From the IMG/VR virus record IMGVR_UViG_2574179724_000002: a stretch of 64,000 bases of DNA. The stretch is one strand, 5' to 3'. Shown here piece by piece: positions 28,104-37,678 of this stretch. The position numbers and the translations under genes were made by a program. This DNA comes from a virus. The notes beneath the pieces were generated by a model. It saw nothing but the letters and a program-made list of their open reading frames with translations, was not told where the DNA came from and searched no databases. Position 1 is the stretch's first letter, and the number at the start of each line of letters is the position of its first letter.

Positions 28104-28483
28104 AGAAATTTAAGAAAATGTTGGTAGCAAATATAAACAAGCCATCGTTTTGGGTCCAGTTAGCTACTTTTATGATTGTACTGTTTGTGCTAACAGCTAA
28201 ATATGTCTTTCATGTGATTTTTAGTCAATCGGACGTGATTATTATCGGTTTACTACTAAGTTCAGCTTTGGGATTTGCTGGAAGTTTTACTGGTAATAAA
28301 GCTTTAACTGAAGCTTCAAAGTCAGTTGATACATCTGGAATTGAAAAGAAGATTGATGAGATTAGCTTGGTGGTCGACAAGTTGACAGAAGCGAAGACTA
28401 ATTCTAAGGCTAATTCACTTGGAATTATTTTGGATGCTGATGCAAATATCGTTGGAACTGATACACCAAACAAGGAGGCTTAA
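28100..28483 (+). CDS. Holin
   Basis: Two TM helices, directly before lysin. Confidence 0.7.
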   Translation: MKKFKKMLVANINKPSFWVQLATFMIVLFVLTAKYVFHVIFSQSDVIIIGLLLSSALGFAGSFTGNKALTEASKSVDTSGIEKKIDEISLVVDKLTEAKTNSKANSLGIILDADANIVGTDTPNKEA

Positions 28484-28487
28484 TTAA

Positions 28488-29741
28488 ATGAAGAAACTAA
28501 TCGGAGTAGGAGTGGCAGCAGCTACTCTTTTTTTATGCACTCAATTAGCTTCAGCAGACACCTTACCAGTTTATGATATGTCAGAATGGCAAGGTCAGAA
28601 AACGGAGCAGCAGTTCAAAAATGTTAAGTCAGAAGTCAGCGGGTTGATTATCCGCCAGCAGTACGGATCCAACTATATTGATAAGTATGCTTCATACAAT
28701 ACGAATATGGCTGACAAAGTTGGTATTCCATACGGACAATACGCTTATGCGCGATTTATTTCAGCAGATGATGCACGTCAGGAAGCTAAGGACTTCTACA
28801 ATCGGTCTGACAAGAATACAAAGTTCTATGTATTAGACTTTGAAGAAAATACTGTAAAATATGGGACTACCCAAGCAGCAGTACAAGCATGGTTAGATGA
28901 GATGAAGTCATTGACTAATAAACATGTAGTCTTTTATTCGTATAGAAACTTTGCTGATTCTTACGTTGGTCAAACACTGATTGATAAATTTGACGGCTAC
29001 TGGTTAGCGGCTTACCAAGGTTCTTGGCCAAATCCGAGAAATTATGATCTATGGCAAAATAAAGATAATCAATCTTCGGTAGCTTTTGCAACCTCACTAG
29101 ATAGTTCGTTAGTTGATACTAATCGGAAATCAGTATCCTGGTGGTTTGGGTCCGAAGCTAAAACGCAAAACAATAAACTTAATAATGATACACGTAAGCA
29201 AGGTTTTAATGTTGGTCAAACGGTTGTTTTAAAGCAGTCAGCAACAAAGTGGTATCAACCTAGAGTAAATATTGCCAGTTACGCAAAGGGTCAGACTTAT
29301 ACGATTAAAGACACGCAAGATTTAGTTTTAAGTAAGTCTAACCAAGCGGTTTTACTTTACAAAGGAAGCACACCGATGGGCTGGGCCTTAGCGCAAGATG
29401 TACAGCTGACTAGTTCGAATGTATTTAGCCAGACAACTGGAACATACACTGTGAAGTCTGGTGATTCCTGGTGGGCAATTGCAAATCGCTATGGTATTTC
29501 GATGTACACATTAGCTAGTTTGAATGGTAAGAGTATTTATAATACGATTTATCCTGGTCAAGTCTTAAAGGTCAACGGATCCGCGGCAACGAGTTCGAAA
29601 GTCTACTACATGGTTAAAAAGGGCGATACTGTTTCAGGTATTGCTAGCCAGTATGGTGTTTCTGTTAGTCAGATTAAAAGTTTATCTGGGTTGAAAAATG
29701 CTAATTTGATTTACGTTGGTCAATATTTAAGAGTTAAATAG
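28488..29741 (+). CDS. Endolysin: signal peptide, GH25 muramidase, two LysM domains
   Basis: [15 protein letters not shown]; [13 protein letters not shown] and [13 protein letters not shown]. Confidence 0.93.
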   Translation: MKKLIGVGVAAATLFLCTQLASADTLPVYDMSEWQGQKTEQQFKNVKSEVSGLIIRQQYGSNYIDKYASYNTNMADKVGIPYGQYAYARFISADDARQEAKDFYNRSDKNTKFYVLDFEENTVKYGTTQAAVQAWLDEMKSLTNKHVVFYSYRNFADSYVGQTLIDKFDGYWLAAYQGSWPNPRNYDLWQNKDNQSSVAFATSLDSSLVDTNRKSVSWWFGSEAKTQNNKLNNDTRKQGFNVGQTVVLKQSATKWYQPRVNIASYAKGQTYTIKDTQDLVLSKSNQAVLLYKGSTPMGWALAQDVQLTSSNVFSQTTGTYTVKSGDSWWAIANRYGISMYTLASLNGKSIYNTIYPGQVLKVNGSAATSSKVYYMVKKGDTVSGIASQYGVSVSQIKSLSGLKNANLIYVGQYLRVK

Positions 29742-29748
29742 CAAAAAC

Positions 29749-29785
29749 AAGCCTGCTCGATTAATTTCGGGTAGGCTTATTTTTT
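29749..29785 (+). terminator. Intrinsic terminator after lysin
   Basis: AAGCCTGCTCGA/TCGGGTAGGCTT plus T-run. Confidence 0.8.
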
Positions 29786-29863
29786 GTGTTATAAACTTTT
29801 TGAAGTTAAAGGTGTTATAATGTAATCGTTTTAAATAATAAATTAAAAGGGAAGTAATCATAT

Positions 29864-30427
29864 ATGAAATTAACAGCCTATCAACGTTTAAATTTAATCA
29901 ATCAATTTATAATTTTGAAAAGATTAGACAAAGTTTCTCCAAGTAGAGGCGTTACGTATTACGATGAAACTCAATTCGATAATTATATTGAAATTTTACA
30001 AATGGGATACGAAGGACTATATGATGAAATTTTCAACTATTTAGATAAGTCAGTAGTGGATGAAAAGGTTTCAGAGTTTGTAAATCAAGTTTTATATATG
30101 TATGATAGAGGATATTTAAGTTATCAGAAATTGCCTAAGGAAGATAAAGAATTATTTGATAGCAGCAATTTAAAGTTTCCAGGGTTTGATGGGAATGATG
30201 AAATAAATTATTATGGTTACTGTAATTTCTTTATTAATGAGATGGGTAGATACCAATATGTTTTATATAAAAACTCTGGTAAAACGAAAGACGTTAACTC
30301 TCATTCTAATACTTTAAGTAGATATTCTAAAATGACTTTAAAATTCAAACAATATGAAGATGAAAATAAAAATGGTGGAATTTTGAATTTAAACCAATTG
30401 AAAGATGTTTTTGAATTAAGCTATTAA
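29864..30427 (+). CDS. YfbU family protein (moron)
   Basis: QRLNLINQF.IL, ILQMGYEGLY, FPGFDGNDE, NSHS. Confidence 0.85.
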   Translation: MKLTAYQRLNLINQFIILKRLDKVSPSRGVTYYDETQFDNYIEILQMGYEGLYDEIFNYLDKSVVDEKVSEFVNQVLYMYDRGYLSYQKLPKEDKELFDSSNLKFPGFDGNDEINYYGYCNFFINEMGRYQYVLYKNSGKTKDVNSHSNTLSRYSKMTLKFKQYEDENKNGGILNLNQLKDVFELSY

Positions 30428-30503
30428 TAATATTGCTAATGCTGTCTAGACATGCTTATTTTTGTACTAAAATTAATTGAAAATATTAAGGAAAGTGATA
30501 TAG

Positions 30504-30809
30504 ATGTCCTTATCTTTAAAGCAACAGAAGAAATTACGATATATAATTTTGAAAAAAATGTCAAATGGTGAAAATAGTTTTTATGCTAAAGATTTTGATG
30601 TAGAAAGAGACGATTTCAGTAACGTCACAAATTCATTAAAAACACTAGATTATGTACAAAACAGTAATTTTTATTACGACGGTCAATTTGAAACAACCGA
30701 TGCGGTTATTACTGAAAAAGGTGAGAAGTTTTTAAAAGATAATTCAGCATGGGGTAAGGTAGCGAAGGGGTTTAAAACAATTAATGGAATAAAAAAATTC
30801 TTAGAATAG
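30504..30809 (+). CDS. YjcQ-like winged-helix protein (moron)
   Basis: ITEKGEKFLKDNSAWGKVAK. Confidence 0.7.
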   Translation: MSLSLKQQKKLRYIILKKMSNGENSFYAKDFDVERDDFSNVTNSLKTLDYVQNSNFYYDGQFETTDAVITEKGEKFLKDNSAWGKVAKGFKTINGIKKFLE

Positions 30810-30845
30810 AATTATGTGCTATATGTAATAAACTTTTCTAGATAA

Positions 30846-30867
30846 AGATAGTCAAAGAGATAGTCAA
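30846..30867 (+). repeat. Direct repeat AGATAGTCAA x2, candidate integrase arm sites of prophage 1
   Basis: Copies at 30846-30855 and 30858-30867, about 50 bp left of the core. Confidence 0.5.
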
Positions 30868-30907
30868 TAAATTAAAATACTCTTATTGCAGTACTTATAA
30901 AGATAAT

Positions 30908-30928
30908 AAGGAGACCTGTACTCTCCTT
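30908..30928 (+). other. att junction core (attR of prophage 1 / attL of prophage 2)
   Basis: AAGGAGA-CCTGTAC-TCTCCTT: 7-bp inverted repeats around a 7-bp spacer; CCTGTACTCTCCTT recalled as the mv4 core at the tRNA-Ser 3' end. Confidence 0.75.
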
Positions 30929-30996
30929 TTTTTGCTGTTTTCAGATAATTGAAGGGTGTTTAAAACGTTGATTTAACGGCATTCTTACAATTTGTT

Positions 30997-32139
30997 TTAC
31001 GTTATCTTACGTCTACTTTTAAAAGTTTGGTGCACTTTTGGTGCACTTGGTGCACCGATTGTTGATAGAACACTTTCAATTTTGTTGTCAGATTTCATCT
31101 TATATTCGTCTATCAAATAAGAGTACACACGACTTGTTGTAGAAATATCTGAATGACCTAAGCGTTTAGAGATGATATATAAATCTATCCCTTTTGATAA
31201 CAAGAAAGCTACATGAGTGTGTCTGAGTGAATGGAAATGCAGACTAGGCTTGTCTATCTCACAAGCTGTTAAACACTCTCTAAGTGTCTTGTTAACACCC
31301 GAAGATGTGGGGATAGTGTTATATTGATTTTTAAAAATCATGTCATTGTTTTTCACTTTTAAATCTTTTAGGACGGTTAGGGCTGATTCATTAACACGGA
31401 CCACTCTTTTAGAAGATTCATTTTTAGTATCTTTGAATTCTTGCAGTCCCTCATGCCAGGACTTAGTGATGCTAATCGTTCTAAAGTTGAAGTTAACATC
31501 TTTCCATGTGAGTGCTTGCAGTTCTCCTAAACGAGCACCGGTATAAATTGCTAGTAGAATCATGTATTTTGATGTGAAATTGGAGTTCCTTGTTTTTAAA
31601 ATATGATTTACTAGGCGGTCCATTTCGTCGATGTTTAAATAGTCGATGACACGGGTCTTTTTTTTATTAAAGACAATATTGGTGTTTTGTACGAAATCTT
31701 TCGATATGACACCATCATAGATTGCATCTTTAACACAAGCGTGAATTAAGGAATTATATTTAGATACAGTCGATTTAGCATGGTGTTTGCCATAAGTGGT
31801 GATAAACATCTGGTACTTTCTGCGATCAATATTTTCAATCGCTATTTTGCCTAAACGACTATTTAAAGCGTTGTAAGCTTGTTTGTAGGTTAACTTTGTT
31901 CGTTCAGATACACTTGGCTCTTTATATGTTTCGAACCAATTCCAAAAATATTCAGCGAAGGGTGTACTAGAATCAACGGATATGAAGTCTTTACTTTTAA
32001 GAACTTCTAGTTCACTAGCATATGAAGTAGCGTCACTTTTTTTTATGAAAGCTTTCGTTTTAAAGTGTCGCTTGTTCTGATCATCGTACCAGCTAACTCG
32101 AACTTGATATTTGCCATTTTTCTTACGAATACTGGCCAT
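30997..32139 (-). CDS. int: Tyrosine integrase
   Basis: TGARLGEL, HSLRHTH, RLGHSDISTT..VY; N-terminal arm-binding domain. Confidence 0.96.
   Translation of the reverse strand: MASIRKKNGKYQVRVSWYDDQNKRHFKTKAFIKKSDATSYASELEVLKSKDFISVDSSTPFAEYFWNWFETYKEPSVSERTKLTYKQAYNALNSRLGKIAIENIDRRKYQMFITTYGKHHAKSTVSKYNSLIHACVKDAIYDGVISKDFVQNTNIVFNKKKTRVIDYLNIDEMDRLVNHILKTRNSNFTSKYMILLAIYTGARLGELQALTWKDVNFNFRTISITKSWHEGLQEFKDTKNESSKRVVRVNESALTVLKDLKVKNNDMIFKNQYNTIPTSSGVNKTLRECLTACEIDKPSLHFHSLRHTHVAFLLSKGIDLYIISKRLGHSDISTTSRVYSYLIDEYKMKSDNKIESVLSTIGAPSAPKVHQTFKSRRKIT
31028..31055 (+). repeat. TGGTGCAC x3, candidate arm sites of the prophage 2 integrase
   Basis: 31028-35, 31039-46, 31048-55, inside the 3' end of int. 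Confidence 0.65.
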
Positions 32140-32242
32140 TGCAATTGCTCCTTTCTTAATTTAAAATATAAAAAGGGTGTATTTCACCTTAGTTAATATT
32201 TGACAGGCACATCTCAAACTTTGGTCGGGGCGGGATGTGTTT

Positions 32243-33130
32243 TTATATTTGTTTTAATTCAATTTTGCCAAAAGATTCAAGTTTAGTAACAGGACTTGCA
32301 AATAAATATTCTTTAGCAACTCTTTTTTTATTTGCTGAATAATTTAAAGAATATTCAAATGATTGAGAGTTATCTTTGTATAGATTGAGGATTTCGGGTG
32401 CTTGATCATATGTTGTTATCCATCTATATCCTTCAAGTTTTAAAATGGCTTTTGCCAAAGACGCATGTTCTTTGTTGGAACAAAATGACAAATACAAATT
32501 CTTCCCTTGTTTGAAGTAGGGTGGATCAAAAAATATAAAGGTATTTGTTGGATTATAGTGACCTAATTCATTAGAAATGAATTTTTTTGCATCCAATCGT
32601 GATAAACGAATTCGATTGTTTAGTTTTGTAATAGTTTCTATTTTTTGAATTAGCTTATCTTTAAGGAATCTACAATTTATTTTATATTTTCCAGTTTGAT
32701 TTTTCCCACCCATAGGTCCACCATTTATAACACCACTAACATTCGTTCTGTTTAGAAAGAGAGTTGAAAAAGCATTATTAATTGAAAAAGGATCGTCCTT
32801 AAATAATTCATGTATTTCTTTTTGGTGGTGCCATTCTTCTATAGAAATATTAGTATTGGTTATCCTATTAATAAGTTCAGAAGGGTAATTAAGAATAAAA
32901 AACCAAACGGAGAAAATCGACTTATCATAATCATTAATAACAGCTTGTTTAACAAGGTTATTCTCAAGAAGATATAAAGTTACACCTGAACCGCCTGCAA
33001 AGGTTTCAATATAAGTTTCCGAACAATTATTTAATTCAATTAAATGTTGAACATAGGAAGCTAACTGTGTTTTTCCTCCTGGATAACGAAGGGGAGATTT
33101 TGTTGTAGGCATATTTGCTTCTCCTTTCAA
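32243..33130 (-). CDS. Dam/D12-class N6-adenine DNA methyltransferase
   Basis: SPLRYPGGK, ETFAGGSG, INDYD, FDPPY. Confidence 0.93.
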   Translation of the reverse strand: MKGEANMPTTKSPLRYPGGKTQLASYVQHLIELNNCSETYIETFAGGSGVTLYLLENNLVKQAVINDYDKSIFSVWFFILNYPSELINRITNTNISIEEWHHQKEIHELFKDDPFSINNAFSTLFLNRTNVSGVINGGPMGGKNQTGKYKINCRFLKDKLIQKIETITKLNNRIRLSRLDAKKFISNELGHYNPTNTFIFFDPPYFKQGKNLYLSFCSNKEHASLAKAILKLEGYRWITTYDQAPEILNLYKDNSQSFEYSLNYSANKKRVAKEYLFASPVTKLESFGKIELKQI

Positions 33131-33132
33131 AA

Positions 33133-34806
33133 TTATTTATCAATTATGATTCCATTTTTCTTCATTAACTCTGAAATATCTTTGTAGATAGTCTTGATAA
33201 AATTTTCAAAAATATTTTTATTTTTGCGTATGTATCTTGTTCTTATTTTATTACTTTCTTGTAAATTATTTTCATACCATGCTTTGTATTTTCCAATTCC
33301 ACTTGTATCATTATTAACTCCTTTTATATCAATTGGTAGATTAAAACTATTGAAATCATTTTTGAATACGTTTTTACTTTTTCTAATATCCTTGAAAAAA
33401 GTGTCATCTCCGCTTAACGAAAGGATCCAGTATACTAATTCTTTTTCTAAAGGATAACCTTTAATACTTGGAATCGTATAGTGGCGAATAAAGCTCGATT
33501 TTATTTTCTTATCAGCATCTGCCGCATCAGCATCTGCTATTACTATACCATTAACTTTTTCAAGAATAGAGGGATAATTGATACATAACTTGTGTAGTAA
33601 TACATACGATGTTCCTGTTCTTTCTTCAGGATTAACATCAAATTGCCATTTAACATGTCTCATTATTTTTCTATTATGTAATAAGGCTGATAAAAATTTC
33701 TTTGCTACCTTATCTTCACAAAAAATATTAACATTTGTTTGTGTGGATATATCATCTTTTGTATGTGGAGATAATGTCAGTTCGGAGTAGGCTTCAGAGT
33801 AATTTGGATTTTCAATAACTCCAAGTTCATCATCTTTCATATACTCAGAAGTTATTTCATTAATTTTCAGATATCCTTTTTCTATGAACTTTTTCTGAGA
33901 AATAGCATGTTGAATTAAATAAAGAGAATGTGTATTAAAAACTATTTGAACATTATATTTATTTGACCAATTAATAAGATAATCAAATAGATTAACTTGT
34001 GCAACAGGATGTAAACTGGATTCAATTTCATCAATTGACCATATTCCAGTTAATTGATCTTTTCTTGCAATGCGTTGAAACGATATCATAGTATTCACAA
34101 AAGAGCTCATGTTATCTTCACCACTGGAAATAGTATTAATATCGTAATAAGAATTTGACGGGCCGAGAGTGTGTTTTATAAAAGATTTAGATGTAGCGTC
34201 AAAAGAATCAATACTTGAAAAATCAGGGCGTAGTAAAACGCTTTTATAGAAGTCACCTATAAATTTAATTTCTTGTTTGGTATAAATATCTTCTTGGGTT
34301 GTATTTGCTAGCATGGTATTGACTAAAGGATACAGTCTGTCAAGTTTTGTAAAGACAGAAGGCAAATTAAAATAACCGTCTCCCTGTGCTCGACCACTTG
34401 GAACTAATCGAAATCGAGATATTTCATCAGTACCTGGCTTTTTTTCGGGATAAAGAGGTATAGGTTCTTTTAAATGTAAATTATTGTTAATAGTCATTCT
34501 AATATCATAGGAATAGGTGTTTTTATCAGTTTTAGTGGAAAGCTTAAACACATCTGAAAATTTTGTTTGCATTTTCTTTTTAAATATATCTTCTTTTTTC
34601 GTTCTGAAGGGTTGTGCTATTAATCCCATGACAGTTGATTTTAAAGTTCCATTTCTTCCGAATATAACAGTTACGTTTTTTCCAAGATTTATTCTCTGGT
34701 TTTTAAATTTTCTAAAGTATTGTATATCTATGCCATATATACGTTTAATAATCATTTTCTTATTGTCAGATAAACCTAACTTGTTTTTTGGCTTGAATTC
34801 ATTCAT
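33133..34806 (-). CDS. ABC-type ATPase fused to TOPRIM-like nuclease (OLD/GajA-like architecture)
   Basis: Walker A GRNGTLKS, signature SSGE, Walker B IDEIESSLHP, H-loop NTHS; FCED and DAD TOPRIM-like motifs. Confidence 0.8.
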   Translation of the reverse strand: MNEFKPKNKLGLSDNKKMIIKRIYGIDIQYFRKFKNQRINLGKNVTVIFGRNGTLKSTVMGLIAQPFRTKKEDIFKKKMQTKFSDVFKLSTKTDKNTYSYDIRMTINNNLHLKEPIPLYPEKKPGTDEISRFRLVPSGRAQGDGYFNLPSVFTKLDRLYPLVNTMLANTTQEDIYTKQEIKFIGDFYKSVLLRPDFSSIDSFDATSKSFIKHTLGPSNSYYDINTISSGEDNMSSFVNTMISFQRIARKDQLTGIWSIDEIESSLHPVAQVNLFDYLINWSNKYNVQIVFNTHSLYLIQHAISQKKFIEKGYLKINEITSEYMKDDELGVIENPNYSEAYSELTLSPHTKDDISTQTNVNIFCEDKVAKKFLSALLHNRKIMRHVKWQFDVNPEERTGTSYVLLHKLCINYPSILEKVNGIVIADADAADADKKIKSSFIRHYTIPSIKGYPLEKELVYWILSLSGDDTFFKDIRKSKNVFKNDFNSFNLPIDIKGVNNDTSGIGKYKAWYENNLQESNKIRTRYIRKNKNIFENFIKTIYKDISELMKKNGIIIDK

Positions 34807-34955
34807 GTAAAAATGCCCCCAAAAATTTTAATATCAATTTAAATATATCATAAAAATTACTTTTATATGTATAAAAAATATCCGAATCATGCTAGAATGA
34901 AAACGGATAATTTATAAGCTCTAATCTGTTCCCCCCCAAGGTGATAGGTTAGGGC

Positions 34956-35657
34956 TTATTTCTTTTGTGTAATAACTTTACCAATTACACGTACGTCCTG
35001 TGCCGGATAGATCATGTCTGAATACTTCTCGTTAATTGATTTTAATCTAATCTTTCCATCTTCACGATAAATTTTTTTGCATGTAACGCCAATGTCCTTA
35101 ATTGAAACAATCACAATTTGACCGTCATAATCAGGAACTGGTTGATAGTGGACAAAGGCTTGAGAGCCTCGCATGAGAAGAGGTTGCATTGAATCGCCGG
35201 CAATTGTTACCACTTCATCGGCACCCCGTGGAACTTCATTTCTGACGACTATTTCTTGCTGAGCATCTTCATAATCACCGTCGATTGGAGTGCCTGCAGC
35301 AGTACATCTATTATTAACAATATATTTCTTAGACATTTCAGAAATGCCATTTTGTTTATTAAGTTGATCGATTGCAAACTTATAAACATTACTTTTTCTG
35401 TTGGATTCAAGTTGTTCATATATTGAAACGATGTTTTTATTTTTATTATTTATCGGAGGAAAAAAGTTATTTATACTAACCCCGAACAAGTTAGCTAGTG
35501 AAAATAATATATCTTGTTTGGGTGCTCTTGTCCCTGCTTCATAATTGGCAATAGCACTTTTGCCAATACCAACTTTTTCAGCTAAATCAGTTTGTGTCCA
35601 TTTTCTGTCTTCACGTAATTTTCTAATTACATTTCCAGCATATTTTGCTAAATCCAT
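34956..35657 (-). CDS. cI: CI-like repressor (XRE HTH + S24 peptidase)
   Basis: TQTDLAEKVGIGKSAIANYE; IAGDSMQP; VTCKK. Confidence 0.93.
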   Translation of the reverse strand: MDLAKYAGNVIRKLREDRKWTQTDLAEKVGIGKSAIANYEAGTRAPKQDILFSLANLFGVSINNFFPPINNKNKNIVSIYEQLESNRKSNVYKFAIDQLNKQNGISEMSKKYIVNNRCTAAGTPIDGDYEDAQQEIVVRNEVPRGADEVVTIAGDSMQPLLMRGSQAFVHYQPVPDYDGQIVIVSIKDIGVTCKKIYREDGKIRLKSINEKYSDMIYPAQDVRVIGKVITQKK

Positions 35658-35719
35658 ATTTTATGCACCTCTTTTCATATCTTTATGATAAAAGTACTCT
35701 TGTTAATAGTCAATAAAAA

Positions 35720-36015
35720 AATCACGAAAAGTGAACTTTTTTACATTTTACTATTGATTTGTGTTCACAAAATGTGTACTATATAGATGTAGGAAGGAGG
35801 AATATGGATGCAATATAAGCTAGTTGCTTTAAGAAAAGAGAAAAATGAAACACAGGAACAGATTGCAAAATTAATTGGGATAAGCGAAGCAGCTTATCGA
35901 AATAAAGAGAACGGTAAAACGCAATTTAAAATTTATGAGATGTTTGATATTGCTAAGCATTTTGGATTAGGCATAGAAGAAATTTTTTTGCCTAGAAAGT
36001 ACACGCTTTGTGAAC
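35720..36015. promoter_or_regulatory. Three 17-bp operators, consensus GTTCAC-N5-GTGAAC
   Basis: AATCACGAAAAGTGAAC 35720-36, GTTCACAAAATGTGTAC 35763-79, GTACACGCTTTGTGAAC 35999-36015. Confidence 0.7.
35754..35782 (+). promoter_or_regulatory. Lytic (cro) promoter
   Basis: TTGATT-17 bp-TACTAT, spacer occupied by an operator. Confidence 0.65.
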
Positions 36016-36041
36016 AAAGCAAAAAGATAAAAGAGGGATAA
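35808..36041 (+). CDS. cro: Cro-like XRE regulator
   Basis: TQEQIAKLIGISEAAYRNKENG; divergent from cI. Confidence 0.88.
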   Translation: MQYKLVALRKEKNETQEQIAKLIGISEAAYRNKENGKTQFKIYEMFDIAKHFGLGIEEIFLPRKYTLCEQSKKIKEG

Positions 36042-36117
36042 ATGAAATGGATGATTTTATTTCGATAAAGGTGTCGAAATGATTGAACAAGAAATAAAAG
36101 TTGCAGAATAGAAGGAA

Positions 36118-36384
36118 GTGATTCAAATGGATAAATTTAGTGTTGGTTTTGCAAAAAAAAGGAAAACAGCCGCCACCAATTTAACGAAACAAATCGATTT
36201 AGCAGCTAATAATCTTTTAACAGAAATTTATGGCAAAAAAGATCACTACTCAGAAGTTTTACAGGAACTTCATAGCAGTGATCCTAGATATACGACTACT
36301 GATCAAGTAGAACGCTATCTCAATGAACGGATGATTGAGATAGTTAAGCAAGCAGCAATGGCTCAGAAAATCAATAAACACTAA
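36118..36384 (+). CDS. Hypothetical phage protein
   Basis: RBS GGAAG; early operon. Confidence 0.5.
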   Translation: MIQMDKFSVGFAKKRKTAATNLTKQIDLAANNLLTEIYGKKDHYSEVLQELHSSDPRYTTTDQVERYLNERMIEIVKQAAMAQKINKH

Positions 36385-36390
36385 GAAAAT

Positions 36391-36660
36391 CTAGCTGATA
36401 CTCAATATCGCAGATGTTCTATATAAAGGTCCTGCAGGATCTAGTGAAAACCAGTCGGCTATTCCAAGCAAGCCTTGTAGACCAACTCGTCCGTCTGAAG
36501 TACTGAGCAAGTCTCCATCAAATCTAGATTCAGCGCAGATACTAGTAGCATAGAAGCCAGCTTCTTTAGTAGCATTGTCTGATTTCCATGCATAAACTTT
36601 TGTTTTGAAGCCAACTGATAAATGATCACCATTTATTAAAGTGATAATTACAGAATCCAT
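36391..36660 (-). CDS. Counter-oriented hypothetical protein
   Basis: RBS GGGAGGG on minus strand; no overlapping plus ORF. Confidence 0.65.
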   Translation of the reverse strand: MDSVIITLINGDHLSVGFKTKVYAWKSDNATKEAGFYATSICAESRFDGDLLSTSDGRVGLQGLLGIADWFSLDPAGPLYRTSAILSIS

Positions 36661-36732
36661 AACGTACCCTCCCTTCGTTAAGAATAACTAAATTATATTA
36701 TTAAAATTTTAACAATGAAAGGTAAGTTTAGT

Positions 36733-37452
36733 ATGAATGAAATAAAAAAAGTTGAATTCAAAGATGAATTAATTTTAACTACTGGACAATTAGCGGTCTT
36801 TTATGGCGTAAGCCCTCAGCGGATTAAACAAAATTTTGCAAACAATAAAAACAAATTTGTTGAAGGTACACACTATTTTGAACTATCAGGAGAAGAATTA
36901 AAACAATTTAAGAGCCAGGTCGAAAATATCGACTTGCCTATTAATAAGTTTGCAAGTCATTTAATCCTTTGGACAAAACGCGGAGCAAGTCGTCATTCGA
37001 AAATGCTGGGAACAGATCAAGCTTGGGATATGTATGACGAGCTAGAGGAAAACTACTTTAGCGTCACGAATCAGAGACCGTTATCTTTGCCTGAGCAGAT
37101 CAGTCTTGTTGCGAAAGGGTACTCAACTTTGGAGAAAGACGTCAAAGAAATAAAACAGCTAATGGGTTTACCAGGTAACCTTGCTTATAAATTTACTCAA
37201 GAGCGAAATAAAAAGATTGTCACGATTTTAGGTGGAAAAGATACAAATGCTTACGGTGATAAGAATTTGCGCCAAAGAACGTATAGCAGCCTTTTTAAAT
37301 CATTCAAGGAAGTGTTTATGCAGGATAGGTATAACGATACGTCAATAGAGAAGTTTAAAGATGCGATTGAGTTTACAAAGAACTGGTATCCACCGTTTGA
37401 ACTACAGCAAGAGATTATAAAAGCAAATTCACAGATTTCTATGAATGTTTGA
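36733..37452 (+). CDS. Antirepressor (ORF6N + ORF6C domains)
   Basis: ILTTGQLAVFYG, LILWTKRGASRHSKMLGTDQAW. Confidence 0.88.
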   Translation: MNEIKKVEFKDELILTTGQLAVFYGVSPQRIKQNFANNKNKFVEGTHYFELSGEELKQFKSQVENIDLPINKFASHLILWTKRGASRHSKMLGTDQAWDMYDELEENYFSVTNQRPLSLPEQISLVAKGYSTLEKDVKEIKQLMGLPGNLAYKFTQERNKKIVTILGGKDTNAYGDKNLRQRTYSSLFKSFKEVFMQDRYNDTSIEKFKDAIEFTKNWYPPFELQQEIIKANSQISMNV

Positions 37453-37465
37453 AGGGGAAAATTAC

Positions 37466-37678
37466 ATGAAATTAACTATTGAAGGGAACACAGAAGAAAT
37501 TAAAAATGTGTTCCAAGCTATTGGGAGTAGCAAGGAACACAGCTCTTCAAAAATGATTGATGAAAAAGATATTTTAGAACGAACAACTATTTCTCATCTT
37601 AAAAAAATGGGGATAACAGACAGAAAAATTATTGATGCTATTAAAACTGATGTTGAAGATTTACTTAATTTAAAGTAG
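37466..37678 (+). CDS. Hypothetical phage protein
   Basis: MKLTIEGNTEEIKNV. Confidence 0.55.
   Translation: MKLTIEGNTEEIKNVFQAIGSSKEHSSSKMIDEKDILERTTISHLKKMGITDRKIIDAIKTDVEDLLNLK

Larger units (their letters stand above)
1..30928 (+). mobile_element. Prophage 1 (pac-type, SPP1/TP901-1-like siphophage), left part outside window
   Basis: Co-oriented replication, packaging, head, tail and lysis modules, ending at att core 30915-30928. Confidence 0.93.

Noticed and set aside
30908-30935. Hairpin plus T-run read as a simple terminator or a tRNA
   Set aside because: It holds only the last ~14 nt of a tRNA 3' end; better explained as an att core, though it may also terminate transcription
32208-32244. 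CACATC...GATGTG hairpin upstream of int as a new ncRNA
   Set aside because: Short; I recall similar CCAAAGTTTG-containing hairpins upstream of many Firmicutes phage integrases; most simply an insulator or terminator
32243-34806. Standard type II RM, Gabija or retron
   Set aside because: Partner of the methylase is an ABC-ATPase/TOPRIM protein; no UvrD helicase, RT or msr-msd nearby
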